Shown here in pieces: positions 37,195 to 48,306 of a stretch of DNA of 64,000 nt (its first letter is position 1; each line of letters begins with the position of its first letter). The DNA is taken from NCBI RefSeq assembly GCF_900545535.1, contig NZ_UQZN01000010.1. One strand, 5' to 3'. Below the pieces are notes generated by a model, which was not told where the DNA came from, made no database searches, and saw nothing but the letters and a program-made list of their open reading frames with translations. This stretch comes from an uncultured Phascolarctobacterium sp. Its GTDB lineage: Bacteria > Bacillota > Negativicutes > Acidaminococcales > Acidaminococcaceae. The position numbers were made by a program, and so were the translations under genes.

Positions 37195-38472
37195 TTATGC
37201 GCTGGCTGGGAAAAACGGCCAGACGACAGGAATAACGATAATAGACACTATAAGGCACACTGCTACCAGTCCAGTGCCTGCTTTTAAATAATCCATAAAT
37301 TTATAACCGCCGGGGCCCAGGACTAAAGTATTGGGCGGCGTTCCTACCGGAGAAGCAAATGCACAGGAGGAGGCGATCAAAATGGCCATGAGTACCGCTT
37401 TGGGCGATGCACCCATTTGCGCAGAAAGTGCAATACCTACCGGGCATAATAAGGCTTTAGAGGCTGTATTAGACATAAACTGCGTAAGTAAAACCGCAAG
37501 CGCAAACAAAACTGCAGTTACTACATACGGTGAAGGATCACCGCCCAGCATTTTTACTGTGGCTTCAGCAATCAGTTTGCCAGCGCCGCTGGTATTCATG
37601 GCCGTTGCTACAGGAATCATTCCAGCAAAAAGAAAGATCGTGACCCAGTCGATGGAATTATAGGCTTGCTTTTCTGTAAGGCAACCTGTGAGCACCGCAA
37701 CAACTGCGCCTACAACTGCAGCGATTTCCAACGGCACGACGCCTGTCGCCATACTGCCGATAACACCGATCATAATGATCCCACAGATAATCTGCTTTTT
37801 AGTGCTCGTTTCATTTTCTAAAATTTCTTCATCGATTTCAAGATTCAGGTTACTGCTTTCTTTCGGCAGCAGATATTTGCCGATAAACATCATATAAACG
37901 ATGCCGGCGATAGTAATAGGGATACCGATCCAGGCGTATTCAAAAAAGCCAAATTGCAATTCCGGCATACCTGCCGCTTTCAAAGCTACGTTAGCCAAAA
38001 TATTAGGCGGCGTACCAATAAGCGTGATCGTTCCGCCAAGTCCGGCGGCAAAAGCCAAAGGCATCAATTCGCGTGAAGCTGAAATTTTGGCATTGGCACA
38101 GATACCAATAACTACAGGTATCAGACAAGCGGTAGTACCTGTATTGGAAAGTACTGCGGACATCAGTGCGGCGATGACCATGATACCAAACATCAGGCTG
38201 TTTTCACCTTTGCCAAACATCCGGACAACGCCGCCGCCAATTTTTTGAGCCAGACCGGTATAAAACATTGCGGCCCCGACTACAAACATACCTCCGAAAA
38301 GAACCACGGTCGAATCAGCCAGTCCCAAAAAAATCTGGCTTTCAGGAACAAGCCCTAAAGCGCAGCAGGCAATCGATGCTCCAATTGCTGTCATTGCCAG
38401 AGGAATCATTTCTGTTACAAATAAAAGTGCGACGATCGCTAATAATATTAAACATTTGATTGCGGGTGTCAT
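37195..38472 (-). CDS. ArsB/NhaD/SLC13-superfamily anion permease (about 12 TM segments)
   Basis: 425-aa polytopic membrane protein. Internal two-fold repeat with GTPPN motifs (IGTPPNILAN ... VGTPPNTLVL) typical of DASS/ArsB-NhaD permeases. Confidence 0.65.
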   Translation of the reverse strand: MTPAIKCLILLAIVALLFVTEMIPLAMTAIGASIACCALGLVPESQIFLGLADSTVVLFGGMFVVGAAMFYTGLAQKIGGGVVRMFGKGENSLMFGIMVIAALMSAVLSNTGTTACLIPVVIGICANAKISASRELMPLAFAAGLGGTITLIGTPPNILANVALKAAGMPELQFGFFEYAWIGIPITIAGIVYMMFIGKYLLPKESSNLNLEIDEEILENETSTKKQIICGIIMIGVIGSMATGVVPLEIAAVVGAVVAVLTGCLTEKQAYNSIDWVTIFLFAGMIPVATAMNTSGAGKLIAEATVKMLGGDPSPYVVTAVLFALAVLLTQFMSNTASKALLCPVGIALSAQMGASPKAVLMAILIASSCAFASPVGTPPNTLVLGPGGYKFMDYLKAGTGLVAVCLIVSIIVIPVVWPFFPASA

Positions 38473-38483
38473 TCTTTTCCCTC

Positions 38484-38669
38484 CTATTTTTCTTTAAACA
38501 GATTAACATATTGAAACGTGTTTAAAAACAATCTTCCGTCTTCACCCCGATGCGGAAAAACACTACCTGCAGCCTGCCGGTTTTGAATAGCCCTGTGGTA
38601 GTATTTTTTATCAACTTGTTTGAGGAACTCTTTTATTTTAGATATTTCTTTCTTATCTTCATCCGGCAT
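38484..38669 (-). CDS. Small protein with a VFPHxGExG motif (paralog A)
   Basis: SD AAGGAGG before MPDEDKK. Shares ...AGSVFPHRGEDGRLF... with the protein at 38982..39182 (..AARVFPHCGERGYSF..). Confidence 0.4.
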   Translation of the reverse strand: MPDEDKKEISKIKEFLKQVDKKYYHRAIQNRQAAGSVFPHRGEDGRLFLNTFQYVNLFKEK

Positions 38670-38981
38670 TTTTGCTATCCTCCTTTTCGCCATTTTTAAG
38701 AGTACCTTTCACTGGAAAAGAGTATATAATAAATTCCTAAATAATAAAAATACCTATTCTTCATCAAAGTTATGCTAAATTTGCATACTGTAAAAATCCT
38801 GATAAAAAATTGAAACAGATCTGAATTTTCAGATCTGTTTCAATAAAGGAACAGCTTCCCAGTACAGTAACTATTGTTATTAAAATCCATCACAGTAAAA
38901 TAGTCTTGATATAGTTTCGATAAAAATCACTTTCAAAAATCTTGCAGTAATTCATCAGCACTCCTAAAATACTGCTGCAGC

Positions 38982-39182
38982 TCATTCTCTTTTGAGAGCC
39001 TTAAGTGCTTCAGCCGGAAGTTCACAGCCTTGTACGCGACGGATAAAGCTGTATCCGCGTTCGCCGCAGTGTGGGAAAACCCTGGCTGCCATTTGGCGTT
39101 GTTTACGCAGATGACTGAACAGGAATCCTTCTCCTTCGTTATTGATTTTTACGGAATTGTTGGCCATTGTTGCTTCTGTCAT
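38982..39182 (-). CDS. Small protein with a VFPHxGExG motif (paralog B)
   Basis: SD AAGGAG before MTEATMANN. Conserved block ARVFPHCGERGY. Confidence 0.4.
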   Translation of the reverse strand: MTEATMANNSVKINNEGEGFLFSHLRKQRQMAARVFPHCGERGYSFIRRVQGCELPAEALKALKRE

Positions 39183-39579
39183 CAAAATCACTCCTTAAAA
39201 ATTTTCTTTATAAGTACCGATAGTGTTTACTGCTTAAGACACCTAAAGTATACCCCAGAGCTTAAAATAATAAAAATATCCATTAGGAATTTAAGTTATA
39301 ACATTTAGGAAAAACTAACAATTATTTTTATGATCAAATAATATTTTATATTGACACAGAATAAAGGAGTGATTAAAATAAGAGACAGTTACAAGTGAAC
39401 ATTGCTGAAACAATCCGGCCAAAGTCATTTGATGACACGGTCCCGCCGCTGTAAAGTCAGCATAGCCAGATTGTTTGTCTTTTGCTGCGAGCGACAGTAA
39501 AAAAGATCATAACCATTAACTTTGTTTATTTTCTTTACGTCCGCGCAGGACGTTTTTTTATTATTGGGAGGTTATTGAA

Positions 39580-40512
39580 ATGGAATTGGAAAGCTATAGA
39601 AATTTTTTGGCTATTATTGAAGCGGGAAGCTTTACCGGAGCAGCAGAATGTGTACACGTTGCACAGCCTGCACTTAGCAAACAGTTAAAGACATTGGAAA
39701 ATTTTTTTGGGGCCAAGCTTATTCTTACGACTCGTGGCAGCCGCCAGCTTATTTTGACGGAAGCAGGACGGATCCTTTATCAAAAAGCTAAATATATCTG
39801 CTCTTTGGAAGATCTGGCGCGCAATGAAATAGATAATATTATAGGCGGCGCCGTTGGTACGCTGCGTATCAGCGCTGCTAATTCCAGATCTGCCCTGTTT
39901 ATCAGCACATCATTAAAAGATTTCTGTCAATTATATCCAAAGGTGACTTACGAAATCTATGAAGGCGGTATTGCCGAGCAGGCGCAGCAGCTTTTAAATG
40001 GTATTACTGAACTTGGGATTTTAAGTGTTCCCATTACTCATGAGGACAGTTTTGAAGTGCTTTTCCAACGTCGTGAAGAATTATCGGCTGTTTTCCACAA
40101 AGAAGCCGTATGGCTTGATCATTCTAAAGCTGATATTACTCTGAAAGAACTGGCAGAAATGCCGCTGAGTGTTTCTGCCGGTTGCTGTGACCTGCTGAAA
40201 AAATGCTGTGCTGAAGCTTCTCTCTCTCCGCAAATACTAAGTATCAACACCACTCGCAACACCACTTTACAGTGGGCTTACGAAAGAACCGCTGTTGCTG
40301 TAGTGCCTATCGAACCCGGAGAGTTTTTGGGACCTGATCTGGTAACAAAAAAAATATCTGATACCAACATTGATCTTTTTAAAACCATTGTCAAGGTTAA
40401 AGACCGTCCGTTATCGGTTATTGCTCAAAAGTTTTTAAAATTTTATTCTCAAAAACGCAACTCTCAGCAGGTATGTGATTTGCAGAAGCTGCTTGGTAAT
40501 CTACATTCATAA
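39580..40512 (+). CDS. LysR-family transcriptional regulator
   Basis: SD GGGAGG. N-terminal HTH LESYRNFLAIIEAGSFTGAAECVHVAQPALSKQLKTLENFFGAKL. LysR substrate-binding domain. Confidence 0.85.
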   Translation: MELESYRNFLAIIEAGSFTGAAECVHVAQPALSKQLKTLENFFGAKLILTTRGSRQLILTEAGRILYQKAKYICSLEDLARNEIDNIIGGAVGTLRISAANSRSALFISTSLKDFCQLYPKVTYEIYEGGIAEQAQQLLNGITELGILSVPITHEDSFEVLFQRREELSAVFHKEAVWLDHSKADITLKELAEMPLSVSAGCCDLLKKCCAEASLSPQILSINTTRNTTLQWAYERTAVAVVPIEPGEFLGPDLVTKKISDTNIDLFKTIVKVKDRPLSVIAQKFLKFYSQKRNSQQVCDLQKLLGNLHS

Positions 40513-40544
40513 CAAAAAAACAGACCGTATAAACGGTCTGTTTT

Positions 40545-41183
40545 TTATTTTGCTTTTTTATTTTGTTCCTTAAATGCGGCTTCCTGCCACAAATACCAGA
40601 CGCCTAAAGAACGCCAGGGTCGCCATGTTTCTGTAAGCGTGCTTATTTGCCCGCGTTTTGGAATATCACTTAATCCCTTAAGTTCTTTCAATTCTTTCTT
40701 AAAGATAAAATCTGCTGATGGCACTACGTCTGTACGGCATAAGGCAAGTAACAGAAACATTTCAATAGTCCACTGCCCCAAACCGCGAATCTGGACAAGC
40801 TGTTTGGTGATTTCAGCATCAGTCATTTCAGAAAATTTTTCTATAGTTACCTTTCCTGCGACAACTGCCTCAGCAAAGCTTTTCAGGTACTCGGCTTTTT
40901 GTTTTACCAGTCCCTGTTCGCATAAGTCTTCAATAGAAACATCCAATACGGCCTGCGCTTGCAGCGGCGTGCCCAAAAACTTTCCTAATTTTTCCAGTAA
41001 TTGCATACTTACATCCGGCGGCAGCTGCTGCGAAACGATACCTGTGACCAAGGTCCCGAAATATTTCTCCTGCGGCTCCGGCTTCAATACACATACAGGA
41101 AACCTATCGATCAACGGGATCAGCTCAGGCGCATGTTCACGCAGATATTTGGCTCCTTCAGCCCAATCTGGGGTTTTGAGCAT
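40545..41183 (-). CDS. DNA-3-methyladenine glycosylase II-like (HhH-GPD superfamily, AlkA-type)
   Basis: HhH-GPD motif LVQIRGLGQWTIEMFLLLAL..D and the C-terminal WRPWRS...YLW typical of AlkA-like glycosylases. Confidence 0.7.
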   Translation of the reverse strand: MLKTPDWAEGAKYLREHAPELIPLIDRFPVCVLKPEPQEKYFGTLVTGIVSQQLPPDVSMQLLEKLGKFLGTPLQAQAVLDVSIEDLCEQGLVKQKAEYLKSFAEAVVAGKVTIEKFSEMTDAEITKQLVQIRGLGQWTIEMFLLLALCRTDVVPSADFIFKKELKELKGLSDIPKRGQISTLTETWRPWRSLGVWYLWQEAAFKEQNKKAK

Positions 41184-41372
41184 GATACATCCTCCTTATT
41201 ACTTTTGATTATTATTCAGCGAAACAGTACTATCGCTGATGTTACTTATGATTATACGCTAAAACGGTTATTTTGCAAAGCCGCTAAAAGTAATTTAGTA
41301 AATTTGCAGAAAAGCCTTGCATCATTCATGGTTTTATGGTATTATTTATATCTGTCAGGACTACTGACAAAT

Positions 41373-41449
41373 GGCCCGGTGGTTCAGTTGGTTAGAATGC
41401 CGCCCTGTCACGGCGGAGGTCGTGGGTTCGAGTCCCATCCGGGTCGCCA
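41373..41449 (+). tRNA. tRNA-Asp (GUC)
   Basis: Cloverleaf: acceptor GGCCCGG/CCGGGTC, anticodon arm CCGCC-CUGUCAC-GGCGG, T-arm GTGGG TTCGAGT CCCAT, CCA encoded. Confidence 0.9.
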
Positions 41450-41452
41450 TTT

Positions 41453-41527
<75 letters not shown>

Positions 41528-41531
41528 TTTT

Positions 41532-41607
41532 AGGGGTATAGCTCAACTGGTAGAGTAGCGGTCTCCAAAACCGTTGGTTGTGGGTTCGATTCCTACTGCC
41601 CCTGCCA
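41532..41607 (+). tRNA. tRNA-Trp (CCA)
   Basis: Acceptor AGGGGTA/TGCCCCT. Anticodon arm GCGGT-CTCCAAA-ACCGT. TTCGATT T-loop. CCA encoded. Confidence 0.85.
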
Positions 41608-41614
41608 CGCAAAC

Positions 41615-41655
41615 GTAAGCTGCAGACTATGTCTGCAGCTTTTTTATTTTTATTC
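41615..41655 (+). terminator. Rho-independent terminator after the tRNA cluster
   Basis: AGCTGCAGAC tatg TCTGCAGCT TTTTTATTTTTATT. Confidence 0.75.
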
Positions 41656-41709
41656 ATATATGAGGTAACACAAAAGGCAGCCGGTAATTTGACCTGGCTG
41701 CCTTTTATT

Positions 41710-41949
41710 TTATCCTTCCAAAAAAGGACTGTCCTTACTTTGATAATCTATTTTATATTTCTCCGGGTCGCCTTTAATAACGGCGACTAAAGCCTTCCCT
41801 TCACTGCCATGCTCACCTGCCTGCGCTTTTACTTCGTTTTGCAGGTCAAGCATCCACGGCACTAAAGGCGGCATCCATCTCAGCAAACAGGCTGCCAGTT
41901 CCTCGATATTCTCTCCTTCTAAAATATGATCTCTGATCACGACATGCAT
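41710..41949 (-). CDS. Small hypothetical protein (79 aa)
   Basis: ORF with SD GGGGTGGG before MHVVIRDHILEGEN. No recognised domain. Confidence 0.4.
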   Translation of the reverse strand: MHVVIRDHILEGENIEELAACLLRWMPPLVPWMLDLQNEVKAQAGEHGSEGKALVAVIKGDPEKYKIDYQSKDSPFLEG

Positions 41950-42057
41950 TTTCCCACCCCTTTCACACAATCTTTATTATAACAAAAATCACATAAAAAG
42001 AAAGACCGATCGCCTGATCAGCAATCGGCCCTGATAATCAATCCGTCAACGCTTCTG

Positions 42058-42633
42058 TTATTTACCGGTACGCCCGCGTTTAGTGAAAGGCTTACCTTCT
42101 TTGCAAAGAGGACATTCCTCTTCTTTGAACGTCGGTACGTCAAGATGCAGCAAAGCTTCAGTACGAATACCGAAATCCACCTTGCCGCCGCTGCGGTCGA
42201 CCAGAAGGCCGATGCCTACCGGTACCCCGCCGTGTTCCTTAACAACGTCCAATACTTCCATTACACTGCCGCCTGTCGTAACAATATCTTCGACGATCAG
42301 CACGCGCGTGCCTTTGGGAATCTCAAAACCGCGTTTCAAAGTCATTTTACCGTTTTCACGTTCAGTAAAAATAGCGCGGGTATCCAGTGCTTTACCTACT
42401 TCATGCGCCAGCAAAATGCCGCCTGTCATCGGTCCGATAACCAGCTCTACATTGTCGGCAGCATAACGTTCTGCCAGTTCCTGACAAAGCTTTTCCGTAT
42501 ATTTAGGATGCTGCAGCACGTTGAATTTTTCTACATACATGGGGCTGTGCAGCCCGCTGGTCAGTAAAAAATGTCCGTGCAGTACGGCTTCGGTTTCTTC
42601 TAAAAGCTGCATTACTTCTTTTTCCTGCAACAT
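42058..42633 (-). CDS. pyrE: Orotate phosphoribosyltransferase
   Basis: PRPP-binding motif VLIVEDIVTTGGS. Last gene of the pyr operon. Start adjusted to MLQEKEV to abut the pyrF stop. Confidence 0.85.
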   Translation of the reverse strand: MLQEKEVMQLLEETEAVLHGHFLLTSGLHSPMYVEKFNVLQHPKYTEKLCQELAERYAADNVELVIGPMTGGILLAHEVGKALDTRAIFTERENGKMTLKRGFEIPKGTRVLIVEDIVTTGGSVMEVLDVVKEHGGVPVGIGLLVDRSGGKVDFGIRTEALLHLDVPTFKEEECPLCKEGKPFTKRGRTGK

Positions 42634-42634
42634 G

Positions 42635-43351
42635 TCAAACACCTCTGATTTCTGCCGCGATACTTTGAGCCGCAGCAATTTTATCTTCCGCTTTCGTAAT
42701 CGGCCGCCCCACTACGATATGGCTGGAACCATTTTTAAACGCACCGGCCGGAGTAGCAATACGGCTTTGATCGTCGATAGAAGCACCCGCCGGACGAACG
42801 CCCGGGGTAACGATCAAAAATTCCGGTCCGCAGGCTTTGCGGATCGCGGCAGCTTCCTGCGGCGAAGCAACAACGCCGTCCATGCCGGCTTCCTGAGCCA
42901 GTTTTGCCAAAGCAATGACCTGCTCGGCAATAGTATTTTTATAGTTGAGATCGCCAAACTGTTCATCGTCCATACTGGTCAAAATAGTAACGGCGATGAG
43001 TTTGGGAGCCGGACGGCCAAGTTTTTCCGCAGCTTCATGCACAGCTTTTACTGCCGCCTGCATCATTTTTTTGCCGCCTACGGCGTGCACGTTCATCATA
43101 TCAGCACCCAAGCCTGTAAGCACTGCTAGAGCGCCGGCAACAGTATTGGGGATATCCTGCAATTTCAAGTCAAGAAACACCTGCTTGTTGTGTCCCTTTA
43201 AAAAGCGGATCATTTCGCTTCCTGCTGCATAATAAAGCTCCATCCCTACTTTGTAGTGGCTGACACTGTCACCAAGCTCTAAAACAAGGGCCTTAGCCTG
43301 CTCCATCGTGGGGAAATCCAAAGCTACGATCAAACGATCATCGTGGTTCAT
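42635..43351 (-). CDS. pyrF: Orotidine 5'-phosphate decarboxylase
   Basis: LIVALDFPT...KVGMELYY...DLKLQDIPNTV motifs. Confidence 0.9.
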   Translation of the reverse strand: MNHDDRLIVALDFPTMEQAKALVLELGDSVSHYKVGMELYYAAGSEMIRFLKGHNKQVFLDLKLQDIPNTVAGALAVLTGLGADMMNVHAVGGKKMMQAAVKAVHEAAEKLGRPAPKLIAVTILTSMDDEQFGDLNYKNTIAEQVIALAKLAQEAGMDGVVASPQEAAAIRKACGPEFLIVTPGVRPAGASIDDQSRIATPAGAFKNGSSHIVVGRPITKAEDKIAAAQSIAAEIRGV

Positions 43352-43362
43352 CCTGCACCCCC

Positions 43363-44325
43363 TTAACGTTTTACGGCGCGTTTCAAGTTGATCTTACCTT
43401 CCGGCAGCGCCAGGCCGATCATATCTTTAAGTTTTTTGATACCATGTCTGTCCATGTATTCCAAAATTCCATGCGCAATAGTTTCTGCAATACAGGGATC
43501 AGTAAAATTGGCTGTACCGACAGCGACGGCACTGGCACCAGCCAGGAAAAATTCTATCGCATCTTCCGCCGTCATAATGCCGCCCATGCCGATGATTGGC
43601 ACACGCACGTTCTGCGCCACCTGATAGCACATCCGCACTGCGACAGGACGTACTGCCGGGCCGCTGAGACCGCCGATAACATTGCCCAAGACAGGTTTCT
43701 GCCTGTCAATATCGATCTTCATCCCTATCAGGGTATTGATCAGGGAAATGGCATCAGTTCCAGCCGCTTCGACAGCCTGCGCCATAGCCACGATATCGGT
43801 AACATTTGGCGAAAGCTTGGTGATCACCATTTTGGAAGTGTTGCCTTTTACCGCTTGCACGACTTCGGCAGCACTGTCGGGACAGGTACCGAAAACAAGG
43901 CCGCCTTCTTTGACGTTAGGGCAGGAAATATTGATTTCCAAAGCGTCAACGCCGTCTACGTCCAGTTTTTTGGCAACTTTGCCGTAATCCTCATAGGAGT
44001 GGGCATAAATATTCACGATCACCGGTACGTCATACTGGCGCAGCTGCGGTAAGGTCGTTTCCAGAAAATAATCAACGCCGGGATTTTCGAGCCCGATACT
44101 GTTGAGCATTCCCGAAGGAGTTTCGACAGCACGCTGACCTTTATTACCGGGCTGTGGTTCCAGAGAGGTACCCTTGACCGTGACGGCGCCCACTTTTTCC
44201 AGATCAAGAAAATCAGTAAATTCAAGGCCGAAACCAAAAGTACCGGAAGCAGTCGTGATCGGCGTTTTCATTTTTAAACCAGCGATATTAGTCGCCAAAC
44301 GGCCGTCATACAATGCTTTTACCAT
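43363..44325 (-). CDS. pyrD: Dihydroorotate dehydrogenase 1B catalytic subunit
   Basis: [17 protein letters not shown]...NSIGLENPG...IIGMGGI. Start taken as MVKALYD, 3 nt after the pyrK stop. Confidence 0.85.
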   Translation of the reverse strand: MVKALYDGRLATNIAGLKMKTPITTASGTFGFGLEFTDFLDLEKVGAVTVKGTSLEPQPGNKGQRAVETPSGMLNSIGLENPGVDYFLETTLPQLRQYDVPVIVNIYAHSYEDYGKVAKKLDVDGVDALEINISCPNVKEGGLVFGTCPDSAAEVVQAVKGNTSKMVITKLSPNVTDIVAMAQAVEAAGTDAISLINTLIGMKIDIDRQKPVLGNVIGGLSGPAVRPVAVRMCYQVAQNVRVPIIGMGGIMTAEDAIEFFLAGASAVAVGTANFTDPCIAETIAHGILEYMDRHGIKKLKDMIGLALPEGKINLKRAVKR

Positions 44326-45092
44326 TCGCCCACCTCCTCGGCCCAAAATACCGGGCCGTCGGTACAAACCTTGAGCCGCTTGCCAATACCGCTGCACGAG
44401 CAGGACAGGCAGGCCCCCAGGCCGCAGGCCATATATTTTTCCAGTGATACCTGGCATTTGATCTTTTTAGCGGCAGCCACTTCAGCCACAGCTTTCATCA
44501 TGGGTACAGGGCCGCAGACATAGATGCAGTCATATTTGCCGCTGTCTAAAAGCTGCGGCAGCAGCGCAATGACTGTCCCTTTAGTACCGCAGCTGCCATC
44601 ATCCGTTGTAATATGGATATTCTGGCAGATGTCTTCATATAGCTCCGTCCAGAACAGTTCTTCTTCACAGCGTCCGCCGATCAAGATTTCTATGGGCTTT
44701 TGCTGCGCGCAGAAGCCTTCTGCCAAATACAGCAGCGGCGCCAGTCCCAGACCGCCGCCAACCAGCAGCGGGCGTTCAGCCTCCATGGCAAAGCCATGCC
44801 CCAAGGGGCCTACGATACTCAGCTTGTCACCGCTGCATACTTCGGCCAGAATATGCGTAGCTTCACCAATAATGCGGTAAATCATCGTAAAAGTGCCGTT
44901 GTCAGCATTTACTCCGGCCACACCAAAAGGACGGCGCAGCAGCGGCGCAGTATTTTTGCAGACCTGCACGTTCACAAATTGCCCCGGGACCGCCGTTTGG
45001 GCGATCGCAGGAGCATAAACTTCTATCAATTTCGTAGTAGCGTTCAAAACACGCTGACCAATAACAGTGGCGTTCGTAATAGTTTTTGGCAC
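44319..45092 (-). CDS. pyrK: Dihydroorotate dehydrogenase electron-transfer subunit (FAD/2Fe-2S)
   Basis: C-terminal [11 protein letters not shown] 2Fe-2S motif. Ferredoxin-NADP-reductase-like fold. Confidence 0.85.
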   Translation of the reverse strand: MPKTITNATVIGQRVLNATTKLIEVYAPAIAQTAVPGQFVNVQVCKNTAPLLRRPFGVAGVNADNGTFTMIYRIIGEATHILAEVCSGDKLSIVGPLGHGFAMEAERPLLVGGGLGLAPLLYLAEGFCAQQKPIEILIGGRCEEELFWTELYEDICQNIHITTDDGSCGTKGTVIALLPQLLDSGKYDCIYVCGPVPMMKAVAEVAAAKKIKCQVSLEKYMACGLGACLSCSCSGIGKRLKVCTDGPVFWAEEVGEW

Positions 45093-45096
45093 GGGC

Positions 45097-48000
45097 TTAT
45101 CCCTCCCAGGCTAAATCCTGCAGCGCAACGATACTGACCACGCGGCGACGGCGCATAGCCGACATAACATGCTGCAATTCGCGTGCTGTATCCATGGAAG
45201 TCAGGCAGGCAATAGCATGCTCGACTGTAGAACGTCTGATTTTAAAGCCGTCACGTTCGGCATCGCGACCGTGATTAGTAGTGTTGATAACCATGCTGAT
45301 GCGGCCTTCTTTGATGTCGTCAAGGATATTGGGGCTGCCTTCGCTGACTTTGGTGGCTACAGTCACCTTAACGCCTTTTTCCTGCAGATATTCAGCCGTA
45401 CCGCCGGTAGCCATGATCTCATAACCCAGGTCGGCAAACCCGGCTGCGATCTCTGCCGCTTCAGGTTTATCCATATCGGCAACAGTGATCAGGATCGCGC
45501 CTTCATGCGGCACATTGATGCCGGAAGCGATGCAGGCTTTATACAAAGCGCGGGAATACTGATAGTCAACGCACATTACTTCGCCTGTCGATTTCATCTC
45601 AGGCCCTAAAGTAATATCGACGTTGCTCATCTTGTTGAAAGAGAACACCGGCGCTTTGACTGCATAATAATCAGGGAAGAAGCCCAGTCCCGGCTTGTAG
45701 CCCTGTTCACGCAGTGAATGGCCCATAGCGGCCTTCGTAGCCACGTTGATCATCGGGATATTCGTAACTTTACTGAGGAAAGGCACGGTACGGGAAGAAC
45801 GAGGATTTACCTCGATAACATAAACCTCGTTATTGCGCACGATATACTGGATATTGATCATGCCCTTTACTTCCAGGCCCAGAGCCATTTTATTTGTATA
45901 CTCAATGATCGTTTTGATAACAGACTCGGACAGATTGCGCGGCGGATAGACGGCAATAGAGTCGCCTGAATGTACGCCGGCACGTTCGATATGCTCCATA
46001 ATGCCGGGGATCAGAACTTCGGTACCATCGCAGATAGCGTCGACTTCGACCTCTGTACCCTGCAGGTAATGATCGACCAGGACAGGATGCTCGCGGGAAG
46101 CTTTAACAGCGCTGGACATATAGTGTTTCAGTTCTTCATCGTTATAAACGATTTCCATTGCCCGGCCGCCTAAAACATAAGACGGACGCACCATGACCGG
46201 ATAGCCTACATCAGCGGCAGCTTTTAAAGCGCCTGGCGTATCAAAAACGGTATGTCCTTTCGGGCGCGGGATGTTGCAGTCTGTCAGCAGCTGCTCAAAG
46301 CGTTCTCTGTCTTCCGCCCGATCGATACTGTCGACACTGGAGCCAAGTATTTTAACGCCGGCTTCAGCCAAAGGACCTGCCAGATTGATAGCTGTCTGGC
46401 CGCCGAACTGCACGATAACGCCTTCCGGCTGCTCTTTATCAAGGATATTCAAAACATCTTCTACTGTCAGCGGTTCAAAATACAGACGGTCAGAAGTATC
46501 AAAGTCGGTACTTACCGTTTCCGGGTTATTGTTGATGATGATAGTTTCATAACCCAATTCTTTCAGCGCCCAGACGGAATGTACTGAACAATAGTCAAAT
46601 TCTACGCCCTGCCCGATACGGATCGGGCCGCTGCCCAAAACGGCAACCTTCTTTTTGTCGCTGACCCGTACTTCATCTTCCACAGCGTAGGTGGAATAGT
46701 AGTATGGAGTTTCCGCTTCAAACTCGGCGGCACAGGTATCAACCATTTTATAGGTCGGGATAATGCCCCACTCTTTACGCATAGCGCGTACTTCCATCAT
46801 CGGTTTGCCAATGTATTCGCCAATAACCACGTCAGCAAAGCCCATGCGTTTAGCTTTGCGCATGATCTCCTGCGTCATCGGCTCAGTTTTCAAAACAGTT
46901 TCCATCTTGACGATGTTCAGTATTTTCTGCAGGAACCATCTGTCGATCATGGTTATCGTATGGATCTCTTCCAGAGTAATACCACGGCGCAGCGCTTCGG
47001 CAAGTACAAAGATACGTTCGTCATCTATTTTGGAGATACGCGCACGGATCTCTTCGTCATTCAGGGCTTTCAACTCCGGCATTTCCAGATGAGTCAGGCC
47101 TATTTCCAGAGACCGGATCGCTTTGAGCATTGCGGCTTCCAGATTGCGTTCAATAGCCATAACCTCGCCTGTAGCCTTCATTTGGGTACCCAAAGTACGG
47201 TCGGCAGTAACAAATTTATCGAAAGGCCAGCGCGGGAATTTCAGTACGACATAGTCGATAGAAGGTTCAAAGCAGGCTGTTGTCTTTTTAGTTACAGCGT
47301 TCTGGATCTCATCCAGATTGTAGCCGATCGCGATCTTACTGGAAACCTTGGCGATCGGATAACCGGTCGCTTTGGAGGCCAGCGCCGAAGAACGGCTGAC
47401 ACGCGGATTCACTTCGATAACATAATAGCGTTCGGAATTAGGGTCCAGCGCCAGCTGTACGTTACAACCGCCGCGCACTCCCAGTTCGCGGACGATATCA
47501 ATGGAAGCCTGACGCAGCAGCTGTACTTCACGATCGCTCAGAGTCTGTGCCGGAGCGACAACGATGGAATCGCCGGTATGTACGCCTACAGGATCAAGGT
47601 TTTCCATTGAGCAGACAGTGATGCAGTTATCGGCGGCATCACGCAGAACTTCAAATTCGATCTCTTTCCAGCCTGCTACGCTGCGTTCGATCAACGCCTG
47701 ACCGATCAGACTATATTTCAGGCCTTTATTAACGATTTCATCCAGCTCATCTTCGCTTTCAGCGATACCGCCGCCGGTACCGCCCAAAGTATATGCCGGG
47801 CGGACGATCAGCGGGAAGCCGACCTTACGGGCAAATTCTTTGGCAGCCGCCATGGTCTCAACGATAGCGCTTTCCGGAATCGGCTGATTGATTTTTTCCA
47901 TAGTTTCTTTAAACAGCTCACGGTCTTCCGCTCTCTTGATGCTGTAGATCTGAGTACCCAAAAGCTGCACATTATATTCGCGCAGGATACCTTTTTCTTC

Positions 48001-48306
48001 CAGATCGATAGCGAGGTTCAAACCGACCTGCCCGCCCAGAGTGGCCAGCAGGGAATCAGGACGCTCGCGTTTGATAACGCTTTCCAAAAATTCAACATTA
48101 ACAGGCTCGATATAAACACGGTCGGCAATATGCACGTCCGTCATGATCGTAGCCGGGTTGCTGTTGACAAGTACTACTTCCAGTCCTTCTTCTTTCAAAG
48201 AACGGCAGGCCTGTGTACCGGCATAGTCAAACTCGGCAGCCTGGCCGATAATGATCGGGCCGGAACCGATAACAAGAACTTTTTTGATATTTTGCAGCTT
48301 CGGCAT
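45097..48306 (-). CDS. carB: Carbamoyl-phosphate synthase large subunit
   Basis: 1069 aa. Duplicated ATP-grasp domains ([30 protein letters not shown]... and [22 protein letters not shown]...). MGS-like C-terminus. Confidence 0.95.
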   Translation of the reverse strand: MPKLQNIKKVLVIGSGPIIIGQAAEFDYAGTQACRSLKEEGLEVVLVNSNPATIMTDVHIADRVYIEPVNVEFLESVIKRERPDSLLATLGGQVGLNLAIDLEEKGILREYNVQLLGTQIYSIKRAEDRELFKETMEKINQPIPESAIVETMAAAKEFARKVGFPLIVRPAYTLGGTGGGIAESEDELDEIVNKGLKYSLIGQALIERSVAGWKEIEFEVLRDAADNCITVCSMENLDPVGVHTGDSIVVAPAQTLSDREVQLLRQASIDIVRELGVRGGCNVQLALDPNSERYYVIEVNPRVSRSSALASKATGYPIAKVSSKIAIGYNLDEIQNAVTKKTTACFEPSIDYVVLKFPRWPFDKFVTADRTLGTQMKATGEVMAIERNLEAAMLKAIRSLEIGLTHLEMPELKALNDEEIRARISKIDDERIFVLAEALRRGITLEEIHTITMIDRWFLQKILNIVKMETVLKTEPMTQEIMRKAKRMGFADVVIGEYIGKPMMEVRAMRKEWGIIPTYKMVDTCAAEFEAETPYYYSTYAVEDEVRVSDKKKVAVLGSGPIRIGQGVEFDYCSVHSVWALKELGYETIIINNNPETVSTDFDTSDRLYFEPLTVEDVLNILDKEQPEGVIVQFGGQTAINLAGPLAEAGVKILGSSVDSIDRAEDRERFEQLLTDCNIPRPKGHTVFDTPGALKAAADVGYPVMVRPSYVLGGRAMEIVYNDEELKHYMSSAVKASREHPVLVDHYLQGTEVEVDAICDGTEVLIPGIMEHIERAGVHSGDSIAVYPPRNLSESVIKTIIEYTNKMALGLEVKGMINIQYIVRNNEVYVIEVNPRSSRTVPFLSKVTNIPMINVATKAAMGHSLREQGYKPGLGFFPDYYAVKAPVFSFNKMSNVDITLGPEMKSTGEVMCVDYQYSRALYKACIASGINVPHEGAILITVADMDKPEAAEIAAGFADLGYEIMATGGTAEYLQEKGVKVTVATKVSEGSPNILDDIKEGRISMVINTTNHGRDAERDGFKIRRSTVEHAIACLTSMDTARELQHVMSAMRRRRVVSIVALQDLAWEG

